64,000 bases of DNA from Amoebidium appalachense (GCA_963693365.1 CAVNZM010000002.1:11340328-11404327); one strand, 5' to 3'. Counted from the stretch's first letter, positions 34,501-58,270 are shown. The notes: generated by a model not told the origin, from the sequence alone. A program made the numbers and translations.

Positions 34501-36175
34501 GTGTGTGTCCGCGCACGCGCGCGCGTGCGTTCGTGCGTGTGTGTATGTGTGTGTGTGTGTATTTCTGTGTGTGCGTGCCTGCTTGTCTGCGTGCCTGTGT
34601 GCCACTGCCTATGCACACGTGTGTGCCTGCGTGTGTTTGTGTGTGCCTGCCTCGGTGTCCATGTGAGTCACGCATGTGTACTTGTGAGATTAGGGGGAGG
34701 GGCAGCGGGGGGGAAGGAGAGGAGAGGGGCGGATGGGGGGAGGAAGGGGTATGTAGGAGGCATGAGGCTTGTACACGCCGTGTCATTAGTCTGTGGGTCA
34801 GCACATACATAGTTCAGTTAGTCAAGATCCACCGAGTCACATTGAACTGACTTCCCCTCCTCTCCCCTCCCCTCCCCTCTCTCCCTCCCCCCCCCCTCCC
34901 CCCGCCCCTCTGCCCCCCCCCCCCCCACACACATACACACTCAGTCACCCAACCACTCCACCCCTCTTTTATTCCCCCTCATCCCCTTCCTGCCCCCCCC
35001 CCCCACTTGGGCCCTCCCTGAGGATGGGCTCTGCTTATGACGCATACTGTGCGCATGGCTGATGTTGCATACTTGAATGTTTGCCTTTGCATGTGTCCTG
35101 CACCATGCTTCTCATCGTGTATGCTTACTTCGTACCGTGTTCCGCATTCAAACCCGCCCTCTCTCCCCCCCCCCCCCCCTCCCCCCCCCCCCCTCCCCAA
35201 ACACCGGGTCTCTCCTCCCCCCGACCCACCGCCACTACAAAAAAAATACCCTCCCACCCATCCCTCCTTCTTCTTGAATTGCACCATACAGCCATCACCG
35301 CCGCCCAATCACCCACCGTCCTCGGTCATTTTCGAACCCTGATGCTCAATTCAACCATGGCCTACCTGGGGGGAATTCGCGTGATCATGATATGGCACCC
35401 CGCCGCCGGTCAGATCCCCCCAGCCAAGGGGAGATCCAAGATCTAAATCTGTCAAACCGGGACACTTCTTTGCACCAATCAAAAGCAAGACCACAAATGA
35501 GGGTAGATGGAAGGAGATTCGGCTTCCGTAACGACGCTTCCCCTTCCACACCCAACTATGCCCCTCATTTTTCTGGAAATTTCAACCCCCAAGGCACATT
35601 CCACAATCCCCCCCTCCCACCTTCTCGTCTGAATACGAGGAGTACAGTACTTCCGACCACATTGATTATTCGCCTCCCGACACCTGGAGCTCTGGGGCCA
35701 GTGCAAATACAAAGGTCCCCCTGCCACTTGCTTTTCGTGAGCGAAATTCCAGCACGCAACCTCCCCGAAAATTGCGTCCAATGGGGCAACCCGCCCAGCA
35801 CTCATCTCCCCCCTTCACACCTTCGGCTGATTCTGCCGATATCGGGCCTGGAGCCAATCGGAGGGTCTGTTTGGAGTGCGGCAAAACAGAGACACCCCAG
35901 TGGAGACGTGGTCCTGATGGCCAGGTATGCCCCCCCCCCCCCCCCCCCCCCCCCCCGGCGCCCTCCCCTCCCCCCCCCCCTCCCCCTCGAATGCAGCACC
36001 AAAACCTCTCATCTGATGACGTCATGATCACTAACTCACTTTTCCCGTCAGATTGAGGTATCTAGCCCCCCCCACCCCCCAACCCCCTTTCACCCTGCTC
36101 TCTCTCTCTCTCCACCCCCTCCTACCCCCATCTCTCTTTCTGAGCCCCCCACCACCTCCCCCCATCCCCCCCCCT

Positions 36176-36208
<33 letters not shown>

Positions 36209-36494
36209 ACACGGTCTCCCCAACATACTCCCCCTTGATGATAGGCTCCATGCACGTTGCATGCTTTGTGACTCTGGTGTTTTCTACCCGCACCTATACG
36301 GTGATCGACGGTCAATTTGCTTTCATACTGAGAACCATCGGTTAAACCTCCCCCCACCCCCCCCCCCTTCCCCCCCCCCCCCCCCCCCCCAGCCCCATCC
36401 CAACACATACTCACACACACACCACCAACACCACCCCAACCCAGTGTTCATCCCATATGTTCCCCCTCAACCTTGTTCTCCCTCTCCGATTGCT

Positions 36495-36550
<56 letters not shown>

Positions 36551-37026
36551 AAAATAGGCCCAAACTCAGCACTGCCCCTCCCCCCTCCCCCTCTCCCCCC
36601 CCCCCCCCTTTCCTTCAGGTCAACCGTTGCAATGCCTGTGGGCTCAAGTATCAGCACAAGGCTCGCAAGGAAAACACAGCGGCCATTAGACGGAGACCAA
36701 GTGCCCAAGGGGACGTAAAACCCCCCTTCAGCACCAAATTTCCACCGGGTCTTAGTCAAAACGGTCAAACCGGTGATTCAGGACCATGGTACCCCCATGA
36801 AAAATCGCGGGATTTTGTGGATAGTCGAGGTGGACATGGGCGAGATATCCAGGGATATTACGAGTATGAGGTGTTAGAGATGACGGATAACCGGGCTTCC
36901 AGGAGGGGGTCCTATGAGGATCAGTATGGGGGCGGAAAATGGAGGAGGGGTCCGGAGTACCAAATTGAGGAGGGGAGGAGGAATATTGGGAGCGAAAAAC
37001 GAATGTTTAGACCCTATGACATGTGA
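33920..37026 (+). CDS. GATA-type zinc finger transcription factor (single CX2CX18CX2C finger). Exons ~33920-34416, 35292-35924, 36619-37026; 5' end uncertain
   Basis: Spliced finger VCLECGKTETPQWRRGPDGQ|VNRCNACGLKYQHKARK, with an intron inside the finger loop. One apparent 1-nt deletion at the C7 run 35608-35614. Upstream exons (31700-33890) could not be resolved. Confidence 0.85.
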
Positions 37027-37440
37027 AAATGCCTGGAAATATCATCTTCCTCCATCCCCCTCCCCCCCCCCCCCCCCCCCCCCCCCTAACCTTCCCTTTG
37101 CGGCAACCAATGTGAATATTTAAATCCCCGCTGTTGTCCTACCACCACCTCACACTCCCGTATACGCAGCGCATCCAGCACACCATTCTCAGTGTGGTTA
37201 GTGGTCGTTGGTTGTTTCCATGGGGATTAATTGTTGATAGTATATTGCGCGACGGTACAAGTTTGTGTGTGTAGAGCTTTCGTTGTTTGCAACTGTACAT
37301 ACGGAAAACTGTTTTATCTATAGTTTATCCTTAAAGGTTGATTAGGGCTACACCCATCATGCACCCGCAAACAGCCACATAGAAAAACACACAAAGTTTG
37401 CCCGCACACACACAAGCACAGACACAGACACACACACAGG

Positions 37441-37506
<66 letters not shown>

Positions 37507-37508
37507 GC

Positions 37509-37546
<38 letters not shown>

Positions 37547-38297
37547 CCCATATCTCGTTTAGAGCTTGGAAGATTACTCTAGTCATGGGGTGATGCCGTT
37601 GGCCTCAATGAAGTTAGTCACAACAAAGATGATTTGAACATAATAATTGAGATAAGAATAATTGGAATAAATAATGGGCCTACAGGCGTAGGATGAGGCA
37701 TGCCTTTGCTATTTAGCATCACCCGGTGCCTTCAACTCAGCTGCAGTTGCACAAGTACCAATCAAGTATTGTTGAAAGGGTTTAACATTTCAATAGCGGC
37801 CAGCACAAGGAAAGCTACATGTGTACCACGGATATACGTGTTCCTGTGGCCAAAGTTAACATGGCAATTTGGGGCTAGCAGATATAGGTCAGGCTGGACT
37901 GATGTAACAAGGCTGTGGTCATCCCCACGGTGTGTGTCTGTGTGTGTGTGTGTGTTTTTGTATGTGTGCACGTGTGTGTGTGTGTGTGTGCACGTGTGTG
38001 TGTATGTGTGTGTGTGTGTGTGTGTACATGTGTGTGTGTGTGTGGGCGCCGGGAGGGTGGGGGGGGGGGGGGGGGGGGTGAGACGTGTAGTCAGTATACG
38101 TTTACTTAATGTGTAAGTCCCCGAACTTCGAGGGCAGGGCTTCGTGATCGCCGCCTATTCGAATTCTTTCGAGAAGTGTACCTATGCACATGTACACGAT
38201 TAGGGGAGGGGCCCGGGGGGAGGAGGGGGATCGAGGAGGAGTACTCGAAATATGCTTAGGGGCCAGGAGGAGATCTGGAAGGGGAGGGGCTGGGGGG

Positions 38298-38333
<36 letters not shown>

Positions 38334-38606
38334 ATCGTGTTGCAGATAAAAACTTACGAAACCTTGATATTCGTACGTACAGATTGAACAACAAAACGTG
38401 CAGAGTAAGCAAAGCACACGAAAAGAGTATGCATTATAAGACATAGCTCGGCCAGACATCTTCGATCCGCTGGGTGGCGGCACGGTGCACGTGGTGGTGT
38501 TTTATTTCTTTTCTTTCTTTCTTTCTTTCTTTCTTTTCTTTCTTTTTTCTTTCATTCTTTTTCTTTTCTTTTCTTTCTTTCTTTCTTTCCTTTTTTTTCT
38601 TTCTTT

Positions 38607-38637
<31 letters not shown>

Positions 38638-39489
38638 GGGGGAGGGGGGGGGGGGGAGAGAGAGAGAGAAGCTCAATTCGAAAGCCTTGGGATTATGAGA
38701 CGGGCCACATGTGAACACCGATTGATTAATGGATATATTTTCTTGCCGTGGCCAGGGTCATGGCATGCCCGCATGCCAGACTGGGCAGGGCATACAGCCA
38801 ATCAGATCGTGTAATAAAAGCATTAGTTGGTATATCCACCAATCACATCGTCTCATTAAAACCTGGGAGCCTATATGTAGACTTTCACAAAGATTGTGAT
38901 CTTTCCAGAACTTCTAAAGGTGCAATAACTGTTATAACACGGAAAAGTATATGGCAAAACTTTCATATCATGTCTAACTCTAAATATGTCGCATATAAAT
39001 CCGTTCATGCAAATATAAGAACAACATGTCGAAACAACCCAACAAGAAAGGGGCTGAAAAGGAGAGAGTAACACATAAAAAGACACAATCACCGAAAGGA
39101 CCCAAAACATACCAAGAAAGGGGATACGGAAGAATTCTAAGGAGGGAATAACGCGCGTGAATTTTGAAACCTGTAAACCTCCCCCCCCCCCCCCCCCCCA
39201 GACAAAATACAAAATTTCGACTAATCAGGGGAAGGGCACAATATCAATTTTTGACTGAGACAAACACCCACCGATGCAAAAAGACCACCTTCAAGATATC
39301 TCCCGTGTAGAGGAAGGCAACATGGACTGTACATAGGGATTAATAGTAACGGGGATATCCTAATTTCATGAAGTCAGGAACGAAAATCAACTTCGATCCA
39401 CACTTTACGGACTCCATGTTGCAAAGAAGGAGAAAGCAATTTGCGTACCATTAACATAACCGTGTGCGCTATACACAGAAAAAGGAGGC

Positions 39490-39571
<82 letters not shown>

Positions 39572-39670
39572 GGCGGTGGTTACGTCCGAGCCTATACACA
39601 TTGTGTAAGGTAAAAGGTAGAAAGAAAGTGGTGCGGGTGTATGTGTGCGCGCCTGCACATCTGCGTACAC

Positions 39671-40093
39671 TCAGTGTCTGTCACTCAGAGAGTGTTTTCG
39701 TGCGTGTGCCCGTATGTACGCGTCAACAGAGAATGGAGAGCGGGTGGTAGCGGTCTCGCATTGTTCTGGTCGTTCGGAAGAAAGGGGGGGAGAGGGGAGA
39801 GGGAGGGAGGGGGTGGGGGGGGGGAGGGGGGTGATGTATGCGTTAGAGGGTTGGAAACATGGAGGAAAACAACAAAGAGCAATAACAAAAATGTCACAAA
39901 AATGGGGGCATGGTGTCATGGAGGGGAAGGAGACACAGCAACCAGGTGCGATGAGGGCATGTGGAATCTCCGCTTGTAGAACTCACGCAGGAAGGCCCTC
40001 TGCTTGCTGATGTGCTCCTCAGAGGGAAACACTACGTCAAAAAACCCGGCTGGTGGCTTGGGTAAGTCTCGCTCTCGGCTCCTGCGTATTTTT

Positions 40094-40132
<39 letters not shown>

Positions 40133-40292
40133 AGGAGGGGGAGGGAGGGAGGGGTTAGGCAAGGGTACCGAGTACGAAGTGAAAAAATGGGAAGAGAAAC
40201 TTGATGTGGATCCTGTACGTAGTATGCATCACAAGTAGGGCCTATGATGGGCTAGGTTCGGGAAGCGCCAGATTCAGCGAGGCGCGCGGGGG

Positions 40293-40327
<35 letters not shown>

Positions 40328-41884
40328 GAGGGGCGTATGCACACACAAAGCACAAGAGATTACGAAACGAACAAATACAAGGCGGGTAGGTTGGGTCGGG
40401 GGGGAGGAGGGGGGGGGGGGGAGGAGGGGGGGGCACGAGACGAGACAGAGGCAGAACCAGACAGAGGAAGGAGGGGGAGGGGGGGGGGGGGGTCTACTTC
40501 TTGAAGTGTGACTCTGGTCTGCGAGGGGTTCCTCGTGGCACATAGGCCCTCTCAGTGTCGAATTCCTTGCGCAGTGTCAACACCTGATTAGGATTTTAGT
40601 TGGTTGACTAAGGTTTGTAGATGAGTTTTTTGGATGTAATCAAACTACTAATAAGCTTGAAGCTTTCTTCAGCAAAAATAACGATAGGTATGACATACGA
40701 GTTTCTGTTAGTGCGCGGTGAGCGTACAGATCTTGCAGGACAGACACTAAGTATGCTTACTAAGTAGAACCCATGCTCAGGAAGGGCACAAGTGTTCCAC
40801 AATATCCGGGGGAGGGGGGGGGGGGGGGGGGTAGAATCCGGAACACTGTACGAACTAAAGTACACGGTGAGAAACACGGTGCAGGACACAGGCAAATATA
40901 ATGGAAAACATTCAAGTACACAACATCAGCAACACGGGCAAAAAGGGAGGGAGGGGGAGGGAGGGAGGGGGGGGTTCTACCTGAGGCACCGGGACTGGAC
41001 CATAGATGTACAGCTCCTCAATGTCAAACATCGGCATGGGGATTTTGCGCAAAACACGGCGGCGACCAAGCGGGCTACGGGGGGGTCTTGGTGGGGGGGT
41101 CTGCTCGAGAAATTGGCGCACACGCTGCCTGCAGGGTGGATGGCATATAGTGAGTATGATTGGTTGGTGGCTGTGATGAAAGAAGTCGCCGGATTGTTCT
41201 GCTGGTGGTCATTTTGAATGCACGGAAAGGAAAAAGACGCTTGTTTGCATAGAGACGAACACATAACTGGAAAGGGGAGGGACTGCATGCCCGAAACGGC
41301 ATGGTGGCAATCAAAAAAAAAAAAAAAAGAAAGGAAAAAAAAAAAAAAGAAAAAGAATAAATGAAAAAGAAAAAAAAAACGTACACGCTTCATTCACGTC
41401 CCCCCCCCCTCCCCCCCCCCCCCCTTTCCCCCTTACAACACACACACCCCAAGTGCACCCGACATGCATCCTTCCACCCACCCACCTTCTTTGCTCCGGT
41501 TGCAGGGGGGATGGGCCGGACGATGGTGGTGAAGGAAGGAAGGTAGGCCTCACGTTGGATGTGGGCACAGACACGGGTATGGCCACTGTTGATTGGCCGC
41601 TAGCATTGGGTGTTGGGTCCGAAAGGCGTGGCGCAACGTAGCATGCCTGCTTGGCACGTGCATGAGTGTTAGTGTGTGGGTGCATCGGTGCAGAAAACAG
41701 GAACCCTTTGGTGTGTGTTGCCTCTTTCCATTTGTTTTACTTTTTTCCAACAAGAGTACCATCATTCCTATCTCCAGCCCCCCTCCCCCCCCCCCCCCCC
41801 CCCCAGCGGACCTATAAGCCCCAGGCCGTCACCCCTTTTCCCTCCACCGTTTCACTACAAACACACACACACACACAACACGGG

Positions 41885-41919
<35 letters not shown>

Positions 41920-41963
41920 CACGGGCACGCACACACACGCACACACACACACACACAACACGG

Positions 41964-42011
<48 letters not shown>

Positions 42012-42141
42012 GCACGGGCACATAGTCCAGTGCCTTCCACACCGAGTCATTGAGGAAGTCTCTGACCAGTACAGACACCCACAGGGCTGGCGTGGCGGCA
42101 ATGGTCTTCATGTAGCCATCCAGAGCAACCTGCCGTGACTA

Positions 42142-42224
<83 letters not shown>

Positions 42225-42433
42225 ATCCGCGTGCGTGTGCGTGTGTTGTCAGTGTTTGGGGGGGGGGGGGGGGGGGGGAGGGGGGGGGGGGAGAGGAGGG
42301 GTGATTGTCAATGATTATGCAGACTGCAAGTGAAATTCCTCCTAGACCGGCCAAATATCCTTCCCTCTCCCCTCCCCCCCCCCCCCCCCCCCCCCCGTCT
42401 CCCCCTTCTCCCACTGGGGTGGAGGGAGAGAAG

Positions 42434-42496
<63 letters not shown>

Positions 42497-42569
42497 AACT
42501 GCACGAGCGTCCAAAGCAGACGAACAGAGGCAACGGGGGATTTCAGATCAAACCAAGCGAAACAGCCCA

Positions 42570-42604
<35 letters not shown>

Positions 42605-42976
42605 TCCCCCCCCCCCCCTTCTCCCCATAAATAATACTAGTAAATAAATAAATAAATAAAAATAAAATAAAATCAGGGGAAAAAAAAATAAAAATAGGAG
42701 GAACACGTCGAAGTGAGCAAATGCTTACGAGCATATCCTGTGCGTCAAACTTTCTGCGCTTGAAAATTCTTTTTCTTGGCAGTGCCAGGTTATCCGTCAG
42801 CACGGGGTCAAATGTCTTGTGCAGGGACCTATGCAGCTCCTCAAAGTCCCTATATCTGCGGTATATCTCGGTGGTACGGCCCCTGCCCTCCATTGCCTGG
42901 ATACCAGGAAGAAAAATGAGCATATCTACACAAGACGCACATTTGGCTAAACAAAGAACCACACGAACGAGCCCAG

Positions 42977-43007
<31 letters not shown>

Positions 43008-43061
43008 AAACAAACAAAACACACACACAGAAAAAACACACCTTTCATATCTCTCCCCCCC

Positions 43062-43124
<63 letters not shown>

Positions 43125-43495
43125 CACACACCCAAAAAAAAAAAAAAAAAAAAAACATCTTTTCATCCGACGAGACTAGCAGATAATACACGGGGCATCA
43201 TGGCACAATCACGACGACTATAAACACTTCCAACAACATCAAAAAAAGAAATATATATCCCATATTCCTTATTCTTATTGAGGAGAAGGGCGCGCAGGCA
43301 GAAACGCACGTGAAAAATGCACAGGGAGTTGGGCTCGCAACCCCAGCAATGCCTGTCCCAAAGAGAGTGTCCCCAAGGAGCGCAGACGGGTGGGTGTGGA
43401 CTGTTAATGCACAACACCATAATCAAGCATAGAACTTGCTAAACGATGAGCATGGCCTCCACCCTCCCTTTTTTTTTGGTGGTGGTGGGGATGTT

Positions 43496-43580
<85 letters not shown>

Positions 43581-43686
43581 TTTTTTGGGGGGGGGGGGGG
43601 GGGTTCATACCAGTCTGAAAACAGCATATGGACTCGGTCCCTCCTGAATTTTGTAGTCGAAAACAGATACGGACTGGAATGTATGG

Positions 43687-43723
<37 letters not shown>

Positions 43724-43752
43724 TGTGTGCGCGTGCACGTTTGTGTGTGTGT

Positions 43753-43806
<54 letters not shown>

Positions 43807-45016
43807 TGTCTGTGGAGGCGCCGAAGGGGTAAAGCACAAGGGTGCTTAGAGTGTGAAATTGGAGCATGAAAGTGATCAGAAACAAATCGAATTCACACCT
43901 GCCATGAAGCGTGCGGGTGTGCGTGTGTAGAAGCATTCACATCACAGTTTCTGTGTGTATGTGTGTGTGTGTGTGGTGGTGCGCATGCCTGTGTGCGTGT
44001 GTGTACGTGCGTGGGGCACACGTGTGCGTGCACATGTGTTGGTCTGCATCTTGAAATGTAAATGCACAAGCACATAGTTAGCTCCACTGGGCAAGAGAAT
44101 AAAAGACACGAAGACCGCGGTTAACGAGGCCAAAACAGCACCAGTAGCCACGTCCAAAACTTGCAGACTACCTGTGTGCTGGAAAAACACGGCGGAAGCG
44201 AAAGATCTTATCACAGTGATGCTCCCAAACTGTGCTAGTTGCGCCGTTCAGGCTCCCTGCAAACACGAACTTCACCTTGATTGTTTAAGTTATATTTCCA
44301 TGCATAGCCGTGTTATCACTTAGTCTGTGCGGCTTACAGAACACGACAACCTCCCCCCCCCCCCCCCCAAAAAAAAAAAAAAAAAAAAAAAAAACGTGCC
44401 TTAATTGTTTCTCACCTGAATTCTGGTGAGCTGCGGGATGATAGGCGTGGCGCAGCATGCACACGGTCCGAAATGGGATCCGAGAGCCTTCGTTTTCTGT
44501 GATGCAGCGTGTCAAAGACTGAAACGTTGTGCGTGGTACAAGATGTAAAGAAAGGCAACACAACATCCCGGCGCAAAAAGAGAGGCGGGGGAAGAGTGCT
44601 GGCTCAATCAAAGATTCCAGAACGTCGTTCTCCATCTTTTAAAAATTACAAGCTTTACACCTAACATACCTCAGATATAGCCTCTACCTCACCTGCAGCT
44701 GACAGTAGTGTTCCTTCTCTCCAAAAAGCTGACGCTCGCACACAAAATAGAGCAACATCCTCAAAACTTACAGGTCGTGTGGTGGTGATGCCGCTGCCAC
44801 TGTCCGTATGGGCGTAGGCTCATTCTGCGCCGAGTTTTTTGTGTTTTGCGGTGGGGACAAAAACACACTCAGGGCTGGTGCCGCCGACCCAGAATGGGTT
44901 AAGTTGCGAGACGAAGGCACCTGCTGTGTGGTTTCCCTGCGAGAGCCGCACGCACGTGTCTGCAGGGAGGCTGCATCCCCTGAGGTCATGCAGGCTTGCA
45001 GCGCAAGCGAGAGCAT
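39671..45016 (-). CDS. PX (phox homology) domain protein, sorting-nexin-like. Confident exons 42896-42729 and 42138-42010; probable 41646-41486, 41201-40981, 40583-~40498, ~40081-39988, ~39766-39671; 5' exons (43200-45016) unresolved
   Basis: [21 protein letters not shown]...[20 protein letters not shown]|[30 protein letters not shown] is a canonical PX signature (RRYxDF, PxK, R..L..Y, ..FL). A low-complexity Pro/Ser tail follows. Confidence 0.75.
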
Positions 45017-47840
45017 CCTCTGAACAAGAAAACGTTTTCAGCTTACAAAAAATAGTGTTGCGGGGGCCTGGGTGGTCGGCCTGCTATTTCAGATCTGAAC
45101 AGTGGGGCACCGAAGTGTAAGTGTTAAGATGATTGTTAGGTACGAATGAATCGAGTGAAAGTTTAGTGGAGACACGAATTACTCTTCTGCAACCAGAATG
45201 TGACACCCGGGCAGTCCTTTTGTTCGAACTTCCGGCCAAAAAGCCCGGTACAGCTGACTATATGACACAGCATCGGTTACCCCTAAAACCCTCAGCAAGA
45301 ACCTGATAAAGAAAGTTGAACTAAGATGGGACGGTAAAATACATAGGAGATAAATTATATGAAATGACCAAAAGAAAAGCGAGTGAGGGGCGGGAGGGAA
45401 AGCTGAAAGTCACGGGAACGAACGAAAAAAAGGGGCGAAAACTAACGAGGTGGTTGAAAACAAAAAAAGTTGTGAAGGCGCTATTGTAAGACTTGAACCG
45501 GCCAGCACTTTCAGACTTTGGCGCCATCTGCCGGCGGGTCGAGACTCTCAGGGCTAGCACGAACATCTATCTGCGTGATCTATAGCTAATAGAAAGACAA
45601 AAAATGGGTCATTAATATTAGCACCTGGTTTGGTTGGCTAAGAAAGACTGTCATAAGCGACATAAAGCTAACTGATATGAACTTTTGCAGTGTAAGAGTA
45701 GTTGATCGATTCCTGGCAGAAGGTGGACATTTGAAAAATAATAATAATAATAAAAAAAGGTTTGATTTTTTTTTACCAATAATATACCTATCCCACCAGA
45801 CAACACCCGCTGTTGTCGGGAGCTACATACAACATGATGGCCCCCAGGCCGCCCCTAGGCCTCCCCGGGAATTCTGTTAGATCTGTTGCACCTCAAACAG
45901 GTGATGGTGACATAGCAGATCCCCCGTCTTCCACACTTCAGGTTCGAGGCCCACAAGATAAATTTCCAACAAATAAAAAAAAAAGTGAAATAAATGTTGC
46001 AGTTTGTGACACTTATGTCAAGTTGTGTGACAAAAAAAGGGAGTGAACCGAAACCAGCATCGTTGATATCGGTGGACCAATCAGCACGAGCTTGATGTGT
46101 ATTGTCGTAGGGGATTCGATTGGCTGAAACGGCACCACAGAGCACTGGCTCAAGATTTATTTACCTGCATGCCTGCAGGGCGAGCTTGAAGTTGCCAACC
46201 AATGCTTACCTTGGAGGCCCGCCGTCTTGCCGTAAAAGTAAGACTCCTAATACCGGGTGTGCACTGTGCACGTGAGTAAAGCATATACCTGTTCGAGAGG
46301 TTTTATGTGCACTGAGCACCAAGTTATAGGTCTTACACCTGGATGCTGGCATCATGATGCTGACTCTGAGAACTACGGTAACGTGAGCTTTGTAAATGCC
46401 AGCATATTCGGCCAGCAGTGATTGGTTAGCCTAGCGGCGATTTAACCTATTTTCCCAAGGCGCATCTATAACCAATGAAAATCGCTAAAGTGGGTCATTA
46501 TACATACCTGAACGCATGCCTGCTCAAAAGAATTCCGTGTACGACCTGGCGCGTGTGCGCACGTTTTTGGTGCACGTGGCAACACCTGGTGATGCTGGTG
46601 CAGTGGTTGTTCATGAATTCAGTGGTGCCGAAGCGAAACATATTGTGAGATTTTTGACTGTGTGAGGCAAAAATCTTGTAAGGTGTCCGATTGTGATCTG
46701 AATGCATCTTGGCAATACTGGAGCCCAATGGAGGAGAATTAGTACAGCAATCTTTGCAATAAATGGGTGTGATGAGGTGCATCTTTCAGTAGGCTCTCAC
46801 TACTGATGCCGACGTCTGTACTATAGTGTCATGAGAGGTGGACACATCAAGTGTCACGGCTGAGAACTTACAAGCCGGACACGTGCACAAATGGTACCAT
46901 GGATCCTGGTCGTGATAGGTCACAGAAGGTTGGGGTGGGCTGGCAAATCTAGGGCATGGTGAATCACCGGATCTGTACCACAAATTATCTTTGTGCAAGG
47001 CAAGGCACTTTATCTTTCACCTGTTACCGGAAAATTCAAGAAAAGTCAAAAGGAGCTGAGAATTTGAACCGTCGTGTGCCAATGGCCACTAAAAGGAGGA
47101 GCAGGGGATGGGGTGGGACCCGGGGGTGGGGGAAAGGGGGGGGTGGGGTGGTGGTGGTTTGGGGGGAAGGAAAGGTGGGGAGGGGGAGTTGACCTGGTGG
47201 ATTTGCCAAGCTCGAGCTCGCACTGCTCGAGTGTATGTGTGAACGTGTGCTTCCCACAACTTCACACGCCCAGACCAAGGCCAGCTTGGTCTGAGACAGC
47301 TCAGTGTGACAGTGCTGCTGCTGATGTGTGAGCACCTAGCACCAGCATGCCAATACAGAACCAACGAAAAACAACAAGTGCGCATGGGACTCAACTCAGA
47401 AACACGTGGGAACATCATAATTCATTCATTCAAGCAAACTAAAATACTATAAATTTGACTAATGAAATATTGGAGGGAGCATATTCAAAATGTATCAATT
47501 TTATATTTAAGAATCGAGAGCCTGGTTGAGCTCAGAAGAGCCGCTGTAAGTAGGTTACAACGACCTGTTCATAATGCCTCATACGCTCTATTACATGCAA
47601 TCATAACAAAGAAGCAGTTCGTTTTCATCACGTACCATAATAATAAAAAATGTGGGTTGAAAACAAGAGTGCCAATAAGTATGAGAATTAATCATATGTA
47701 CATCAGTTATGATGATCGAGCTCGAAAAATCCACCCGAGTGAATACAGGTTTGGGAAGTTGGGGTGCACGGGAGGGTGCAGGGGGGAGACAGTGCACAAG
47801 AAAGATGGAAAAGGTGGACAAGTGGTTGTGTGTATGTGTG

Positions 47841-47884
<44 letters not shown>

Positions 47885-48399
47885 ACCACCACCACCGCCG
47901 GCCCGCCCGTGTCACAAAGCGTGTACGTGAGTGCGCAAGTACGTAGGCTCTCTTTCGTGTGGCATTGGCAGTGTTGGTAGCAACAGAAAAGCGTTGGTGG
48001 TTATGGGGACCACATGTTAGCTCAACGACTTACAATCCATAACAAGGGAGCTTTCTGTTGTTTCTGTGTGGCCTTCTGAGCGTGGTTGTCGCTCGTGTGC
48101 CTTCAAGCACAGCTGCTTGGTGGCTTCAAACCAGTGTCTGGTGTACTTTTGTTTGTATTCCAGCGGTGTTACAAAGGCGTTCTTCGCTCCCGGACCGGGA
48201 ACCTGCAATAGGGAAAAATGAACCATTTAGGAGAAGATATGATACACATGAATGCCATAAGGAATATTTATGAAAAGGAACATTTACGTGCTACTCAACG
48301 AGACCGTGAACTACTAGGAATAGAACTTTGTCAGCTGTCATTCGGGAAAGCTAAGGATCCTTAATGGTGGTGTTTTTTATTTTTATTTTTATTTTTATT

Positions 48400-48448
<49 letters not shown>

Positions 48449-48752
48449 GGCATGTAGCGATAGGAGCCATGCCCGAATTACGCTACATCCTGATTAAAAT
48501 AGTAGCTGAGGTGACCAATACAGATAAAAAGAACCATGCATGGAAGCCCGGGGGAAGAAAGAGAGAAGAAAATGAAAATCATTGGAGCGCAAGGCGGGGG
48601 AGGGGGGGGGGGGGGGGGGGGGGGGGGTGTTGGAGGATGCGGTGCACAGTACGAAAAGAATGAGGTAGCAAGGCTGTATACTAAAAACAAAAAAAAACAA
48701 AACAAAAAAATAGTATGAGGGGTTGGGGCCTAAATCAGGGACGGCAGAAAGG

Positions 48753-48795
<43 letters not shown>

Positions 48796-49900
48796 AGGGG
48801 GGGGGGGAATGGGCAGAGAGAAGGGGAGTGGGGGGGGGGGGAGGGTTTGAATGCATCAAAAAGTACGAAGTACACAAGAACAAACGGATAACACGATGCA
48901 GAATGCAAGCCATACATAAAGAGTATGCATAATAAGCAGAGCCCATCCTCAGGGGGGGCCCACGTCATCCACAGTACCCGAGTGTCGACCTATTCACCTC
49001 GTTAACGAAACCCAACTCAGATACTGTTTCACGTGAACATGGGTAGGTCACCCGTCTTGATCAGAGACGAGCAGGGTTGCTTATGCAGGCAAGGGCAGTG
49101 GGAAAGGCCGGGGGTTAAAGTTGCAGCAGTAAGCAGAAGCAAGAAAAATATAGATAGGAACTCAGGAGACGGGGCTTCTAGGAAGCTCCCCCGTCGCTAC
49201 CTAAGTCGATACTTCACTGGCTAACATACTACACCAGCTGAAAAGAATTAAGTCCCGAAGGCCGCAGAATTCGCAATCAGAGGGGAAAATATGAGATTTG
49301 ACCACGCCGCAGGGTAGTAACACGCTTACTAGGGCGGAACTTTATCGTCTTCGAACGGAAAGCTATGCCCCCGGATGTCAGCCGGAAATATGGTATCACC
49401 CATTGCTTTGGCTTGAAAAAAGCCAAATCGATAGTCCGAGTTATGTTACGCCGGCGGGTAACATGCCGCATGGGTTCCAAGGGAGCTGTCGCCAACAGAG
49501 CGATGTGTGCATGCGTGCGCGTAACGCAATGTGTGAAGTGTGTCTATAGCTATGAAAGGGGTATGCAGAAGTGGACAGATGAAGTGTGTGGAGAGAAAAA
49601 CAGTAAGAAGAAAAGTAGACACCGGTGTGTGCAACCCCGCACAACATACATATACACACACACACACATAAATAAGCGAAGATTACAGGTAATCAACCAG
49701 AACAGGGGGGAAGGGGGACGGGGAACGAAATACCCACCTTGCACACACACACGGCATCTACATGGTCCTGCAGCCAGACAAGCAGCTTTGTGGTCTGTGG
49801 GCAAACATCATTCGGGAGACTTAGAGAGCAAAGAAAGTGCGAAGAGATGGAAAAACATACACTAATACACCCCTAATCACAGGGCTACCGGATCCATAGA

Positions 49901-58270
<8,370 letters not shown>

